Positions 11,401 through 21,123 of a DNA stretch of 64,000 nt are shown here, piece by piece. The stretch comes from Cenarchaeum sp. (GTDB taxonomy: Archaea; Thermoproteota; Nitrososphaeria; Nitrososphaerales; Nitrosopumilaceae): contig OY843584.1 of assembly GCA_963692915.1 (NCBI GenBank), positions 512,001 to 576,000 on the forward strand. Direction: 5' to 3'. Below the pieces are notes generated by a model that had not been told where the DNA came from, made no database searches, and saw only the letters and a program-made list of their open reading frames with translations. Positions within the stretch are counted from its first letter, which is position 1. Each line of letters begins with the position of its first letter. The position numbers and the translations under genes were made by a program.

Positions 11401-11992
11401 CCATCTTTGTCAGCGCAATCTCGAGCCGGTGGTCGGCATCACTGAGCTGCTTTTGCGCCTCTTGCTTTTTTTCGTCAAAGTACGACAGGCCGACGAGATC
11501 CTCAATCGCCTTTCGCTTCTCCTCGGGGGTGAACTCGGATATCTTGGTCACGGTTCCCTGCTGGAGCGCATTGAGCTGGTTGAGACCCGCATTTGCCATG
11601 TCGAGGAGATCCAGCACGTGGCCGCGCTGCGACTTTTTCTTGTTCACATAGTATGTGTTCTCCCCCGAACTGTCCATCTCGCGCGTTATCTCCACAGAGT
11701 CCGAACTGATGGGAATCTTGCGATCCGAGTTGTCAAAGACGATGCTCGACCTGGCTATCCTCGGCCCCCTGCGCTGGCCGTCAATGTCGTGTATGAGGGA
11801 TCGCAGCTTGTCGACCCTCATCATCCTGGGCTTGTTCTCGCCCATGGCAAATATGATCGCATCAAGTATGTTGCTCTTGCCGCTCCCATTGGGCCCTGAT
11901 ATTGACACGAGACCTGGCCTAAAGTCTACTGTCGTGGTTCTAAACCCAAACGACTTGAAGCCAAAGATCTCTACCTTCTTTATGTGAACCAC
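8480..11992 (-). CDS. smc: Chromosome segregation protein SMC
   Basis: GFKSF, GPNGSGKSN, long coiled coils with hinge, SGGEKS, LFDEVDAHLD; 1170 aa. Confidence 0.97.
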   Translation of the reverse strand: MVHIKKVEIFGFKSFGFRTTTVDFRPGLVSISGPNGSGKSNILDAIIFAMGENKPRMMRVDKLRSLIHDIDGQRRGPRIARSSIVFDNSDRKIPISSDSVEITREMDSSGENTYYVNKKKSQRGHVLDLLDMANAGLNQLNALQQGTVTKISEFTPEEKRKAIEDLVGLSYFDEKKQEAQKQLSDADHRLEIALTKMGEVKKYIDDLEAERNAFLRHGALETEISRLNAIDAAARLRGVVADRAAKDEEARLVAERIRLKREEGTALAVEMAALEAEKAEFAAKADAHSRARAEVDTELAEAYRMVEEAKGAVAVAERRAAHIRARLPAIDTEVKSASAERGEAVLNADALRKSLDTVGERRKGIGGRLEESGTALAEALQRHAEISERAADSERRAKEATDARDADALSASNLKREMGEIDARSSANASRRKAIAEDIARLESIDSRLLRVISYHTRSHADVRERIETLEAKRTQIMQDIEELGTIVTKSERAATRYRAKMKIIKGIMHEDYSVSRLRENAGKIGIEGVAYEMVSWEPAYERAVLAAGSEWLKAIVTRDIDTMVGITEYARSQGMSRLKVIALGGMARSRPVAPEGSDGLLADHIKCDRRHAVIVEFLFGNVALAGSRDAARRLAAAGHRAVTLDGELFEPGASASIMDAGSRITDLTKRISMGATVDGLLQSIGMIKRYAEKKRAVLLRMEVAMQHARTRLATHESGIATSKSTHDDLVAKIGGARRVVGRIDEQNARLAQRLEYAKSEVARLEPVVKELDARISAIRSERGDGHDAIAGEVTRLGEKKAELEDEDRLALSEEREVSSRLTAAEAAVERADMTISRLEAERSELAAEQSDIEARVSELQSHASEREARVVSMREREQELISTSGASVSRLSEYDARLDKMRERERSIGRDIGSAQRQEDALRRDLDDLASSETTLRRVCAAHSVDEDAGDVDVAPLLRALRSELDAMTSLNAGAPAKYIEVSGGYRETSAKKNSLEAERNGIVSFIEGVEKEKRQTFLDAFDTVEGEIRRTFEKMTGGNAWIELQNEDDIFNSGISYIIQFPNKPKRDSASISGGEKSLAAIVFVLALQKLKPSPFYLFDEVDAHLDTPNSERLSKILAERAGESQFIAVSLKDSVVKRAGLIYGVYPKNGVSHVVVYKDRHAQRVAA

Positions 11993-12085
11993 GCCGAGCC
12001 CACGCCTAGCGCCTAGCTCAATATTGCTTTATTGACAACATTAGCTGACAAAATCCGTAATGGTGCGCACCGCAAGCCGCCGCGC

Positions 12086-12406
12086 CTAGCTGTCCTGCTC
12101 TTCGGCGATCTTTGCGGTGATCGAGGAGATCTCGCCAAGAATCTCCCTTCTTGCCTCAGCGTCGCCCTCTGCAGCGAGGCGTCCTGTGAGCTCCACTAGC
12201 CTCCCCTCCAGATTGCCGTGCCGTGGCGCACCGGCACCCTCGCCCGGAGCCTTCCTAGAGGCGTCCGGCTCGCTTTGGCACGATGAGCAGAACGCGTGAC
12301 CCCCCTTCATGACGCGCACGCCCTTGCAGTACGGGCACGGCTCGCTGACCATCCTGGCACCGCCAAGGAGCATCTCGGCGGCCTTTTTGACGGCGTCATC
12401 GGCCAT
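12086..12406 (-). CDS. Autoantigen p27-like zinc-ribbon protein (UPF0148-like)
   Basis: KKAAEMLLGGARMVSEPCPYC..FCSSC followed by a helical tail. Confidence 0.75.
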   Translation of the reverse strand: MADDAVKKAAEMLLGGARMVSEPCPYCKGVRVMKGGHAFCSSCQSEPDASRKAPGEGAGAPRHGNLEGRLVELTGRLAAEGDAEARREILGEISSITAKIAEEQDS

Positions 12407-12518
12407 GTCCGTCCGGCAGGCCAACTGGCTTAAAAGCTCGACGGCAGCCATGATCGCAGTAGGCACGGGCATCCCAACAAGGCTTAATAGTGCGCACGCC
12501 TCCCCTCTTCATGTACGC

Positions 12519-12827
12519 ATGGCAGTGATCTGTAGCACGTGTGGACTCCCCGAAGATCTTTGCGCGTGCGGCGAGCTCGCCAAGGACAGCGCCAAGATTA
12601 TCGTTAGGCTTGAGACGCGCAGATTCAAGAAAAAGGGCACAATGATCGAGGGTCTTGACCCAAAGATGGGAAACCTCGAGGGCGTTGCGCGCGAGCTAAA
12701 GGCAAAGTACGCATGCGGTGGAACCGCAAAGGAGGGCTATGTGTTTCTGCAGGGCGACCACAGGGACACGATCAAAGAAGCGCTTGTGGGACTCGGATTT
12801 ACCGAGTCGGCCATCGAGCTGCACTAG
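12519..12827 (+). CDS. Translation initiation factor SUI1/aIF1 homolog
   Basis: MAVICSTCGLPEDLCAC..LKAKYACGGT..LQGDHR. Confidence 0.92.
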   Translation: MAVICSTCGLPEDLCACGELAKDSAKIIVRLETRRFKKKGTMIEGLDPKMGNLEGVARELKAKYACGGTAKEGYVFLQGDHRDTIKEALVGLGFTESAIELH

Positions 12828-12844
12828 GGGACGGGTGTCCTGCA

Positions 12845-13798
12845 ATGCGGCGCCCTGCGCTGCGCGCGCTTGGCCTACCGCATGCGGCCCTATCCTCCAC
12901 ACTCGTTGCGCTCATGCTCGCCTCGTTGCCAATGGGCGCGTATGTCATGTTCAGCTCTGCTGACGTGGGCGATGAGCTTGACGGCGTAGAGTTTACGCTT
13001 GGCGGTCTTCGAGTGTCCCTGCCTGTTGGCCCGACTGTCGGATATGCCCTGGCCGCACTATGGTGCGTGTACGCAGCAATGCTGGGCATCGCCCTCGTCG
13101 GCCCGCGCGTTGGGTTTGCCGGTGCCGTCATGCGAATTGCCGCCGGCCAGGGCAACGGCGCATGGCTGCACACAAGCGCAATGGCCGCCGTGGCAAGCTG
13201 GTTTGCGGTTCTCATACTGGTGTCTGCTGCAATCAACGCCGTGCAGTCCAGCCAGGGCATCGAGATCGAGCCACCCGAGTACGGCAATGACCTCTTGCGC
13301 CTGTATGACGCCACACGCGCGCCGATAGCCGAGGAGGTGGGATTTCGCATGCTGCTCATTGGCGTACCGCTTGCCGTAATCTGCATGAGGCACATGCCTG
13401 TCACACGCGCACTGCGATCGCTCCTGCACCCATATGCGTCACTAGATGGGCACGGCTCGCGCATTGCAGTCGCACTTGTAATTGCAGTTGCAGTCCTCTT
13501 TGGCGTGCTTCACGTTGTTGGCGACGGCACGTGGAGCCCAGGCAAGGCGACCCAGGCCACCGCTGCCGGAGTTATACTCGGATGGGTCTACTATCGCCAC
13601 GGCCTGCTTGTCGCAATACTAGTTCACTGGGCAGCCAACTATTTTGTCCTTGCGTTCTTGTACTTTGTGTCAGGCTCCGCAGGAGACGTTGCCGCCGCAT
13701 CGTTACACCCTGCGGCAGTTGCGCTTGAGGTACTACTCGTAGTTTCAGGAGCCGTTGCCCTTGTCATGATCTCCCTTGGAAGAGGACGCCTCCTCTAG
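12845..13798 (+). CDS. CPBP (CAAX/Abi) family intramembrane protease
   Basis: Multiple TM segments; APIAEEVGFR, FGVLH, AILVHWAAN. Confidence 0.85.
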   Translation: MRRPALRALGLPHAALSSTLVALMLASLPMGAYVMFSSADVGDELDGVEFTLGGLRVSLPVGPTVGYALAALWCVYAAMLGIALVGPRVGFAGAVMRIAAGQGNGAWLHTSAMAAVASWFAVLILVSAAINAVQSSQGIEIEPPEYGNDLLRLYDATRAPIAEEVGFRMLLIGVPLAVICMRHMPVTRALRSLLHPYASLDGHGSRIAVALVIAVAVLFGVLHVVGDGTWSPGKATQATAAGVILGWVYYRHGLLVAILVHWAANYFVLAFLYFVSGSAGDVAAASLHPAAVALEVLLVVSGAVALVMISLGRGRLL

Positions 13799-14506
13799 TC
13801 GATCAATCTCGTGCTTTAGCCCCTTGTACCTGTTCCGGATGGTCACCTCGGTGACATAGGCTGCGCGTGCAATGTTCTTTTGCGTCTCGTGCTCACGCAG
13901 CCTGGTGCATGCGAGGTACAGTGCGGCAGCCGCAAGCCCCATGGGATCCTTTCCAGCCGAGATGCCGCCAGTCTTGCTCTTTTTGAGCAACATTGCGGCC
14001 TCTTTGCGAACGGCCTTTGTGAGTCCGGCGTTGTCTGATATGCGCTCTATGCACTCTGTTGCGTCAACAACGGGCATTGTGATGTCCAGCTCGCGCAGCA
14101 TGAGCCTATAGCAGCGCGATATGTCCTTTCTTGTCGTGTTGCATGCCTGCTGTATGTCCTTTAGCGTGACCTGCGCGCCGCATGCACGACATGCCGCATA
14201 GAACGCCGAAGCTGTCAGCGCGGCTATCGAGCGGCCGCGCACAAGGCTCTTCTCTATTGACATGCGGTATATCTCGTGTGCCTTGTCCATGACGTCATCG
14301 CTCACCTGCAGCGTGTCCCTTAGCGCCTCTAGCTCAATCTCGGCCTGCCGGTAGTTTCGCTCAAGCGATCGCGGCGAACCGCTTGCGGGACTGTTATCTG
14401 AGCCACTGTGTTCCTTTGTCCGCCTTGCCTTGCCCGCCTTGCCTTTTGGGCTCGCCTTGCTGACCTTGCCTTTAGAGCCGGCCTTGCTGCCCCCTGAGCC
14501 TTTCAT
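13745..14506 (-). CDS. tfb: Transcription factor B paralogue with the core cyclin repeats only (no N-terminal zinc ribbon)
   Basis: ERN..LVRGRS..YAACR, AGKDPMGLAAAALY, VTEVTIRNRY. N-terminus is Lys/Gly/Ser-rich with no CxxC pairs. Confidence 0.85.
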   Translation of the reverse strand: MKGSGGSKAGSKGKVSKASPKGKAGKARRTKEHSGSDNSPASGSPRSLERNYRQAEIELEALRDTLQVSDDVMDKAHEIYRMSIEKSLVRGRSIAALTASAFYAACRACGAQVTLKDIQQACNTTRKDISRCYRLMLRELDITMPVVDATECIERISDNAGLTKAVRKEAAMLLKKSKTGGISAGKDPMGLAAAALYLACTRLREHETQKNIARAAYVTEVTIRNRYKGLKHEIDRLEEASSSKGDHDKGNGS

Positions 14507-14720
14507 TACGATCAGCACGTTCATGCCATGACTTAAAAATCTGATCACTGGTATGGCGTATGGGGTCAGCACCCCCACGCTCATTTGGCCAAATAGGCGT
14601 GATCCTGTCGATCTACTTGCCACTTTGGCTCTCGTCTAGGCATGAACGGGCCAGGGGCGCTGGCCTCATACCGGCGATCACTCAATAGGTTTTTAAGATA
14701 AAACGAGCGCATGGCTCCTC

Positions 14721-14888
14721 GTGAGCAAGAAGAGCAAGGGCGCACCGTTGCCGGCATCTAGCGCCGGACTCCTGCGCTTCTTTGAGGACGAGACAAAGGG
14801 CTTCAAGGTGGATCCCAAGATCGTCGTCTCGATTCCAATAAGCCTAATCGTCGTGTCCTGGCTGATCGACATATTCCTTTCCCCATGA
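14721..14888 (+). CDS. secG: Preprotein translocase subunit Sec61beta/SecG
   Basis: Read directly: MSKKSKGAPLPASSAGLLRFFEDETKGFKVDPKIVVSIPISLIVVSWLIDIFLSP (55 aa, shorter than any ORF in the track). Confidence 0.9.
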   Translation: MSKKSKGAPLPASSAGLLRFFEDETKGFKVDPKIVVSIPISLIVVSWLIDIFLSP

Positions 14889-14895
14889 TGGGATA

Positions 14896-16644
14896 ATGAG
14901 CGCCCCGACTGACAACGTCCACAGCATCCACAGATGGCACACGCTCACCCTCATAAACCCGTCCTCGCACAGGCAGTCATTCGTATTCTCCTTGGCGATT
15001 ACGGCAACGCTTGCGCTCGCTGTGCACTTTTCGTACGTGGAGCCTGGAGATTTGCTGGCCGTGCACGTAGTCGCCGCCATGGCGATCCTGCCCGCAACTC
15101 AGCTTGCCGACATGCTCGTGATAAGAAACCGCGAGCACTCAAAGTCAATACACCTGTCTCTGTTTGGCACCGCAACATGGCTTGTGGCCGCGTCTGCAGG
15201 AGTTGGGGCCGCGACCATACTCGGGAGGGATGTGATCCCATCACAGTACCTCGTCGTCGGAATGTTCGTCTTTGCCGCCTTTAGGATTGGAATGCTCACG
15301 TCTGTCCTGGGTGTCAGCCTGCGCAAGGCATGGATGGTGTGCGCAATACAGCCACTCGCGCTATTTTTCGCCATCGTGCCGCCTGGTATGTGGAGCATGC
15401 TTTACGAGCCGGTATCGCTTGCGTTTGGCGCAATATTTCTTGCCATGGCAACTGTGTGGTCGACGCTGACTGACAGGGCTGGCAGGCCGCCGCTGCACAG
15501 CACGCATGAGGTGATCCAGGCATATCTCATGTCTATTCGGCGTGATCACTCGGAAATGGAGACGCTGCTTGAGCGCCATTCGCACCCTCTTGACGTCTCG
15601 ACTACACAGCTCCGCCTTCGCAGCAATGACGCCTCGACTGACATGCGACTTGTGCTGCCAGACGTGCATCCCGGCCCCTACCATCCGGTGGGGGGGAGCA
15701 ACATACCGTATCTCATATACGAACGGCTCGACTCCTCGGCAATGGTGATGCACAGCGTCTCCAACCACACGCACAACCTGCCATCGCGCGGGGAGGTCAC
15801 GAGATACCTCGACTCCCTTGAGTCTAGCACAGTGGCCATGTCTGGCTCCCTGTGCACGGAACCGGTGACAGCAAGGGTCAACCGTGCGCGCGCCATAGGG
15901 GTGATGTTTGAGGGCAGCGCGCTGCTCGTCCTGTCTCTCTCGCCACATGGGATGGAAGACCTGCCCACGCGCGTAAAGACGGCGATCGAGGGGCATGCGC
16001 GCAAGGTCGGCATCGAGCGCGTTATGGTCATCGACTCGCATAACGCAATGGGCGCAGAGATATCCGGAGATGACGAGGATGACATGCTCGCAGCAGCGCG
16101 CTCATGCCTTGACTCCCTGAGGGGCAAGCCAATGCACCAAATGGAGGTGGGATATGCCAACTCTGCGGGAATGGACGTTGAGGCACCAGACCTTGGCATG
16201 GGCGGACTCGGGGTGCTCTGCCTAAAGGTGAGCGGCAAGGAGCACTTTTTGGCGTGGGCAGACGCAAACAACATGGAGAACGGCATGCGCGAGCACATTG
16301 TGAGCGCGCTTGCCGATGACGGTCTGGACCTCCTTGACATCTGCACGTCAGACACGCACTTTTCACGCACGACGGTGAGGACAAAGAACGGGTACTATCA
16401 GTTTGGGGCCGTGACTCCGCGGACCGTGGCCTCGTCGTGGCTGCTGGAGATTGCGCGGCGCGCAAGGGTGTCGGCCAGCAGTGCCTCATTTGAGGTCCTG
16501 GTCGCCAGCGCACGCGTGCGAATCATGGGCGAAAAGGTCTTTGAGGACTATTCTGCTGCGCTCTACAGGGCGCTTGGGCTCACAAAGGCCCTCTCGGCTC
16601 TCGGATTTGGCGTGTTTATTGCAAGCTTTGTGCTCGTTCCATAG
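14896..16644 (+). CDS. DUF2070 family membrane protein
   Basis: N-terminal TMs; HPGP..GGSN, VMHSVSNH, IDSHN, DANNM, TSDTH motifs; next to Sec61beta. Confidence 0.8.
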   Translation: MSAPTDNVHSIHRWHTLTLINPSSHRQSFVFSLAITATLALAVHFSYVEPGDLLAVHVVAAMAILPATQLADMLVIRNREHSKSIHLSLFGTATWLVAASAGVGAATILGRDVIPSQYLVVGMFVFAAFRIGMLTSVLGVSLRKAWMVCAIQPLALFFAIVPPGMWSMLYEPVSLAFGAIFLAMATVWSTLTDRAGRPPLHSTHEVIQAYLMSIRRDHSEMETLLERHSHPLDVSTTQLRLRSNDASTDMRLVLPDVHPGPYHPVGGSNIPYLIYERLDSSAMVMHSVSNHTHNLPSRGEVTRYLDSLESSTVAMSGSLCTEPVTARVNRARAIGVMFEGSALLVLSLSPHGMEDLPTRVKTAIEGHARKVGIERVMVIDSHNAMGAEISGDDEDDMLAAARSCLDSLRGKPMHQMEVGYANSAGMDVEAPDLGMGGLGVLCLKVSGKEHFLAWADANNMENGMREHIVSALADDGLDLLDICTSDTHFSRTTVRTKNGYYQFGAVTPRTVASSWLLEIARRARVSASSASFEVLVASARVRIMGEKVFEDYSAALYRALGLTKALSALGFGVFIASFVLVP

Positions 16645-16663
16645 GGTCGCGCGAGCGGCGGCG

Positions 16664-19117
16664 ATGTGTGTCGCTGTGCTGACCTTGGCTGTGTGCGCAG
16701 GCAATGCGCACGGCGCGCCGGCCACGTTCGTTGATGGCGTGACGTATGTCCAGTATTCTGATGATGCCGTCGCGCTAGCCGACGTGCACGCAGGCAGGCT
16801 TGATGCGCACTATGCGGGCCTGTCACCGGAGCTTCTCGACACGACTCTGCGTGAGGGGGTTCGAGTTTACGAGTCAAGCAGCGGCTCGTACAGCCTGCTA
16901 GTCAATCCCGCCGTCGGCGATCGCCTGAACCCGTTCTCCGATCGCGCGGCGCGCCAGGCGCTCAACCACATCGTCGATCGCGCGCTAATCGTCAATGAGC
17001 TGCTCGGCGGACATGGGACGCCAATGTCATCTGCATACGCCCCGCATGATCCTGACTATGCGGCCCTTGCAGCTGCGGGCGCACCCGAGTTTTCATATGA
17101 TCCCGAGCTTGCCCTGGACATGCTCTCCGAGTCGCTTCGGCGCGCCGGCGCCGAGAGGGGCGAGGATTACTGGACACATGACGGTGAGCCCGTGCGCATT
17201 ACCGTGTTTATCCGTGGGGATGACCTCGTGCGCAAGTCAATAGGCGAGCTGCTCTCCCTGGAGCTTGAGCGTGCCGGAATCGAGGTAGAGCGCGAGTACG
17301 GCGACCTCAGCAAGGCGTTTGCCGTCGTGTACGGCTCTGATCCTGCCGATCTGCGGTGGGGCGTCTACACAGAGGGGTGGGGGGGCAAGTCGGCGTTTGT
17401 CAGGTATGACCCGGTCACGCTGGCCCAGATGTATGCGCCCTGGTTCTCCTCGATGCCGGGGTTTAACGATCCGATTTACTGGAACTATCGCAACGCGACA
17501 ATAGACGAGCTGACACGCAACATTTATGCCGGCAAGTTTGCCGACTCAAACGAGCGCAATGGCATGGTTCGGCGTGCCGCGCAGATGGGCGTTGAGGAGG
17601 CCGTACGCGTGTTTCTTGCGGCGCGTGATGACCTATATGCCGTCGGCGATCGTGTTGAGGGAATCGTCAACGACTTTGGTGCCGGTGTCCCGTCGAGGTT
17701 TAGCGCAATAAATGCGCAGACGCCGTCTGGACACATGCGCATAGGCGTCGAGCAGGTGTACCAGGGGGCGTGGAATCCGGTAATGGGGTTTAGCGACACG
17801 TACAGCTCGAGGGTATGGTCAACGCTGTCGGATCCTGCCGTGTTTCGCAACCCGTACAGCGGATCGCCAATGCCGGTCCGTGCCACGTGGAACGTGGAGA
17901 CGGAAGGTTCGGACGGAAAGATTGACGTGCCTCCGTCTGCGGTGCTCTGGGACACAGAGTCGCAGTCGTGGGCTGGTGCGGCAAAAGGCGCAACTGCGTC
18001 TAGCGCCGTGACGTTTGAGCTAAAGATGTCGCGCTGGCACAACGGTGAGATGATGGACATGCGCGATGTCATGCACGCCGTCTATTTTGCCCTAGAGTGG
18101 GGCTCAGAGGCCACGCCGGCTGACACGACGTATGACGCCGAGTACACCTCGCGTGCAGCACAGCTGGTATCAACGCTTCAGGGCGTCGAGCCGCTTGACG
18201 GCAACACCGTGCGCGTGTACGTGGACTATTGGCACTTTGATGAGGCCGAGATCGCCAACTGGGCCTCTGTCTGGGCCCAGGTTCCCTGGGATGTCCTTGC
18301 GGGAATGGAGCGTGCAGTGTCCTCTGGTGAGGCGTCCTTTTCGCGCTCGGGAGTTGGCGCCTCTGGCGTGCCGTGGCTCTCCCTTGCGATACCGGCTGAC
18401 ACTGCCATAGTTGCCCGGCATATCTCCGAGATGGACACCTCTGGCCATGTCCCCGGTGCGCTCGCGCAGCTCGGCGCAGATGCCGATTATGCGCGCTCTA
18501 GGTACGGCGCCACGCTGGACTGGATTGAGGAGCACGACCATGCGGTGATATCCAATGGGCCATACGAGCTTGTGGCGTACACCCCCGAGTCGCGCACAAT
18601 AGAGACAGCTGCCACACGTGACCCCTCGTACCCGTTTGCGCGCGGCCACTGGACGTGGCTTGGCGACGTCGAGCTTCCGGCCATATCGCACGTTGGCCTT
18701 CCGCTAGCAGCAGACGCCGGACTCCGGCTGGATGTCCCCGTTGAGGTTGATGCCGCATCTGAGATTGCGTATCTCGTCTCGGCTCACGGCGAGGCACCAC
18801 TTCTGTCCGGGAGGCTTGACGCAAGTGACGGCTCGGCGACAGTCTCACTCTCTGCTGAGGAGACTGCAGGCCTTGGGCATGGAGCGCACACGCTGCGCCT
18901 GTTTGCCGTCTCGGAGACCGTGCTGCGCCCTGACACGTATTCGGCGGGATTCATGGTAGTCGAGCAGGGCTCATCACTCCCAGACGTGGATCTTGCCACT
19001 GCGACAGGCACTGCGCAGGCCGGAGACGAGGCGCCAACACTGGCCGTGGCGCTTGCAGTCGCAGTGGTTGTGGGCGTTGTGGCCGCATGGCGAATTCGCG
19101 CCTCGCGCCCACCCTGA
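16664..19117 (+). CDS. Peptide-type ABC transporter substrate-binding protein with C-terminal membrane anchor
   Basis: Signal peptide, NPFSDRAARQALNHIVDR, ISNGPYEL, C-terminal hydrophobic helix plus basic residues. Confidence 0.85.
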   Translation: MCVAVLTLAVCAGNAHGAPATFVDGVTYVQYSDDAVALADVHAGRLDAHYAGLSPELLDTTLREGVRVYESSSGSYSLLVNPAVGDRLNPFSDRAARQALNHIVDRALIVNELLGGHGTPMSSAYAPHDPDYAALAAAGAPEFSYDPELALDMLSESLRRAGAERGEDYWTHDGEPVRITVFIRGDDLVRKSIGELLSLELERAGIEVEREYGDLSKAFAVVYGSDPADLRWGVYTEGWGGKSAFVRYDPVTLAQMYAPWFSSMPGFNDPIYWNYRNATIDELTRNIYAGKFADSNERNGMVRRAAQMGVEEAVRVFLAARDDLYAVGDRVEGIVNDFGAGVPSRFSAINAQTPSGHMRIGVEQVYQGAWNPVMGFSDTYSSRVWSTLSDPAVFRNPYSGSPMPVRATWNVETEGSDGKIDVPPSAVLWDTESQSWAGAAKGATASSAVTFELKMSRWHNGEMMDMRDVMHAVYFALEWGSEATPADTTYDAEYTSRAAQLVSTLQGVEPLDGNTVRVYVDYWHFDEAEIANWASVWAQVPWDVLAGMERAVSSGEASFSRSGVGASGVPWLSLAIPADTAIVARHISEMDTSGHVPGALAQLGADADYARSRYGATLDWIEEHDHAVISNGPYELVAYTPESRTIETAATRDPSYPFARGHWTWLGDVELPAISHVGLPLAADAGLRLDVPVEVDAASEIAYLVSAHGEAPLLSGRLDASDGSATVSLSAEETAGLGHGAHTLRLFAVSETVLRPDTYSAGFMVVEQGSSLPDVDLATATGTAQAGDEAPTLAVALAVAVVVGVVAAWRIRASRPP

Positions 19118-19132
19118 CACGCATGACATGTG

Positions 19133-19765
19133 TCATGTGGGCATGACGCCAGTAACAAACAGCGTGCCGGCCTCACGGCGCCACCTCTTTGGGCTTGATG
19201 CGTCCTTTACCGTTCGCGTTCTAGTGCTCAGGCCGGCACGACGGAATGCCGCTGCCCACTCTGAGCGTGACAGCAGGTGCATCGTTATTCCCATCTCGCG
19301 TGCCCACCAGCGTGTTGCGTGGTTCTCGGCATAAAAGTCAGTTCCGCATATGAGCGTCGCGCCGGGCGCCATGAGGCGCACAGTTGCGTCGATCGCCTCA
19401 TCAACAGAGTCCGCATAGTATAGCGACTCCATGGAGAACACAATGTCAAACCTCCCGCGATACTTCCAGGACTCGATGTCCGTGGAGACATAGCGTTCGG
19501 TGCGACGCTCGGCTAGGCGCCTGGCCTCGCGAATCATGCCCGGACTCTTGTCAATTCCCACGGCTGCCCTGCAGAGGGGGTTTTGGGCCATGCGCCTCAC
19601 GAGCCAGCCGTTGCCGCACCCCACGTCAAGAAACCGAAACGGCCCTGTGGGGCGCACCGTGGCAAGGCGCACCTTGACGGCCTTGCCGTGCTCGCGCTCC
19701 ATCTTTTCAGCCCTGCCGTTGGTGGCCCACATGTCAAACGTCTTCTTTACGCTGCCGGCAGCCAC
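19133..19765 (-). CDS. Class I SAM-dependent methyltransferase
   Basis: FLDVGCGNGW, GIDKSPGMI, FDIVFSMESLYY. Start uncertain. Confidence 0.88.
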   Translation of the reverse strand: MAAGSVKKTFDMWATNGRAEKMEREHGKAVKVRLATVRPTGPFRFLDVGCGNGWLVRRMAQNPLCRAAVGIDKSPGMIREARRLAERRTERYVSTDIESWKYRGRFDIVFSMESLYYADSVDEAIDATVRLMAPGATLICGTDFYAENHATRWWAREMGITMHLLSRSEWAAAFRRAGLSTRTRTVKDASSPKRWRREAGTLFVTGVMPT

Positions 19766-19872
19766 TGCGTGGCGTCCTCCCAGCCCACTGCACTCACCAG
19801 AGATCCCCCTCTCCATCTCCACGCGCAGGTGTGGACTAGGGTTTTATACCCACTTTCTGGCACTTGTGCGCG

Positions 19873-21123
19873 TTGGCTGCACGCGGGTACAAGGTTCGCA
19901 ATATTGGGCTCGCCTCGCGCGGACGCCTCTCCTACGAGTGGGCGCGCGACCACATGGTCATACTCAACAACACTATGGCACGCCTGCGACGCACAAGGCC
20001 ACTGCGCGGCGTGACTGTGGGATTCTGCCTTCACATCACAAAGGAGACTGCGGTTCTCCTTCTTGCGGCCCGCGAGCTTGGCGCCACCGTTGCCGCATGC
20101 GCGGGCAACCCAATGTCCACACAGGACGACATTGCGGCGTTCCTGGCCAAGAGCGGCATCCACATGTACGCGTGGACAAACCAGACGCAAAAAGAGTATG
20201 ACTCGTGCATAGCGAGCGTGCTGTCGCACAAGCCGTCCATTCTAGTAGATGACGGGGCTGACATGAACGTCATGGCCCACTTTGATCGCCGTTTTGCAGA
20301 CCTTGGAATACTTGGGGCCACCGAGGAGACGACTGCCGGAGTCTCGCGCATTCGCGCAGTTGAAAAGGCAGGCCGCCTGCGCTATCCGGTGATAATAGTA
20401 AATGATGCGCACACAAAGCACCTATTTGACAATAGGCACGGAACTGGCCAGTCAACAGTAGACGCGCTCCTCCGCTCGGCCAACCTCCTTGTGGCATCAA
20501 AGCTCGTCGTCGTGGCCGGATACGGGTGGGTCGGCCGCGGCGTTGCGGCGCGCTGCCGCGGCCTGGGCGCGCGCGTCATTGTCACGGAGACGGATCCCGT
20601 AAGGGCACTCGAGGCTCACATGGACGGCTACGAGGTGACGAGGATGGCAGATGCCGCTCGCAGGGGCGAGATCTTTGTCACGTGCACCGGACAGACTGGA
20701 ATTATAACAAAAAAGCACATAGTGACGATGCGCGATGGTGCCATACTCGCAAACGTTGGCCACTTTGACGTCGAGATTGACACAAAGTTCCTCCTTCGCC
20801 CACAACACAAGGTTAGGGAGGTCAGGCCTGGCCTTGACGAGTGCACGATAGGCGCCAAACGGCGCATCTACCTTGTGGGCAAGGGCCGGCTCGCAAACCT
20901 CGTTGCCGCCGAGGGCCACCCGCCTGAGGTCATGGCCCAGTCGTTCTCAAACCAGCTCCTCTCGATACTCCACATACTGAAAAACCACGAGTCAATGGAG
21001 CGCACGCTCCATCGCGTTCCCGAGGAGATTGACGTGCAAGTCGCGCGTGATGCGCTTGCGGCCATGGGCGTAAAGATAGACAACCTGACGCGCGAGCAGT
21101 CAAACTACGCAAACTCGTGGTGA
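19873..21123 (+). CDS. ahcY: Adenosylhomocysteinase, copy 1 (motifs intact)
   Basis: CLHITKET, STQDD, DDGAD, EETTAG, TKHLFDN, GYGWVG, GHFD, EGHP, LTREQSNYANSW tail. TTG start at 19864 or 19873. Confidence 0.95.
   Translation: MAARGYKVRNIGLASRGRLSYEWARDHMVILNNTMARLRRTRPLRGVTVGFCLHITKETAVLLLAARELGATVAACAGNPMSTQDDIAAFLAKSGIHMYAWTNQTQKEYDSCIASVLSHKPSILVDDGADMNVMAHFDRRFADLGILGATEETTAGVSRIRAVEKAGRLRYPVIIVNDAHTKHLFDNRHGTGQSTVDALLRSANLLVASKLVVVAGYGWVGRGVAARCRGLGARVIVTETDPVRALEAHMDGYEVTRMADAARRGEIFVTCTGQTGIITKKHIVTMRDGAILANVGHFDVEIDTKFLLRPQHKVREVRPGLDECTIGAKRRIYLVGKGRLANLVAAEGHPPEVMAQSFSNQLLSILHILKNHESMERTLHRVPEEIDVQVARDALAAMGVKIDNLTREQSNYANSW

Noticed and set aside
8742-11651. Long antisense ORFs opposite smc (and similar ones opposite other genes)
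   Set aside because: Shadow frames expected in GC-rich coding DNA; Ser/Arg-rich with no motifs.
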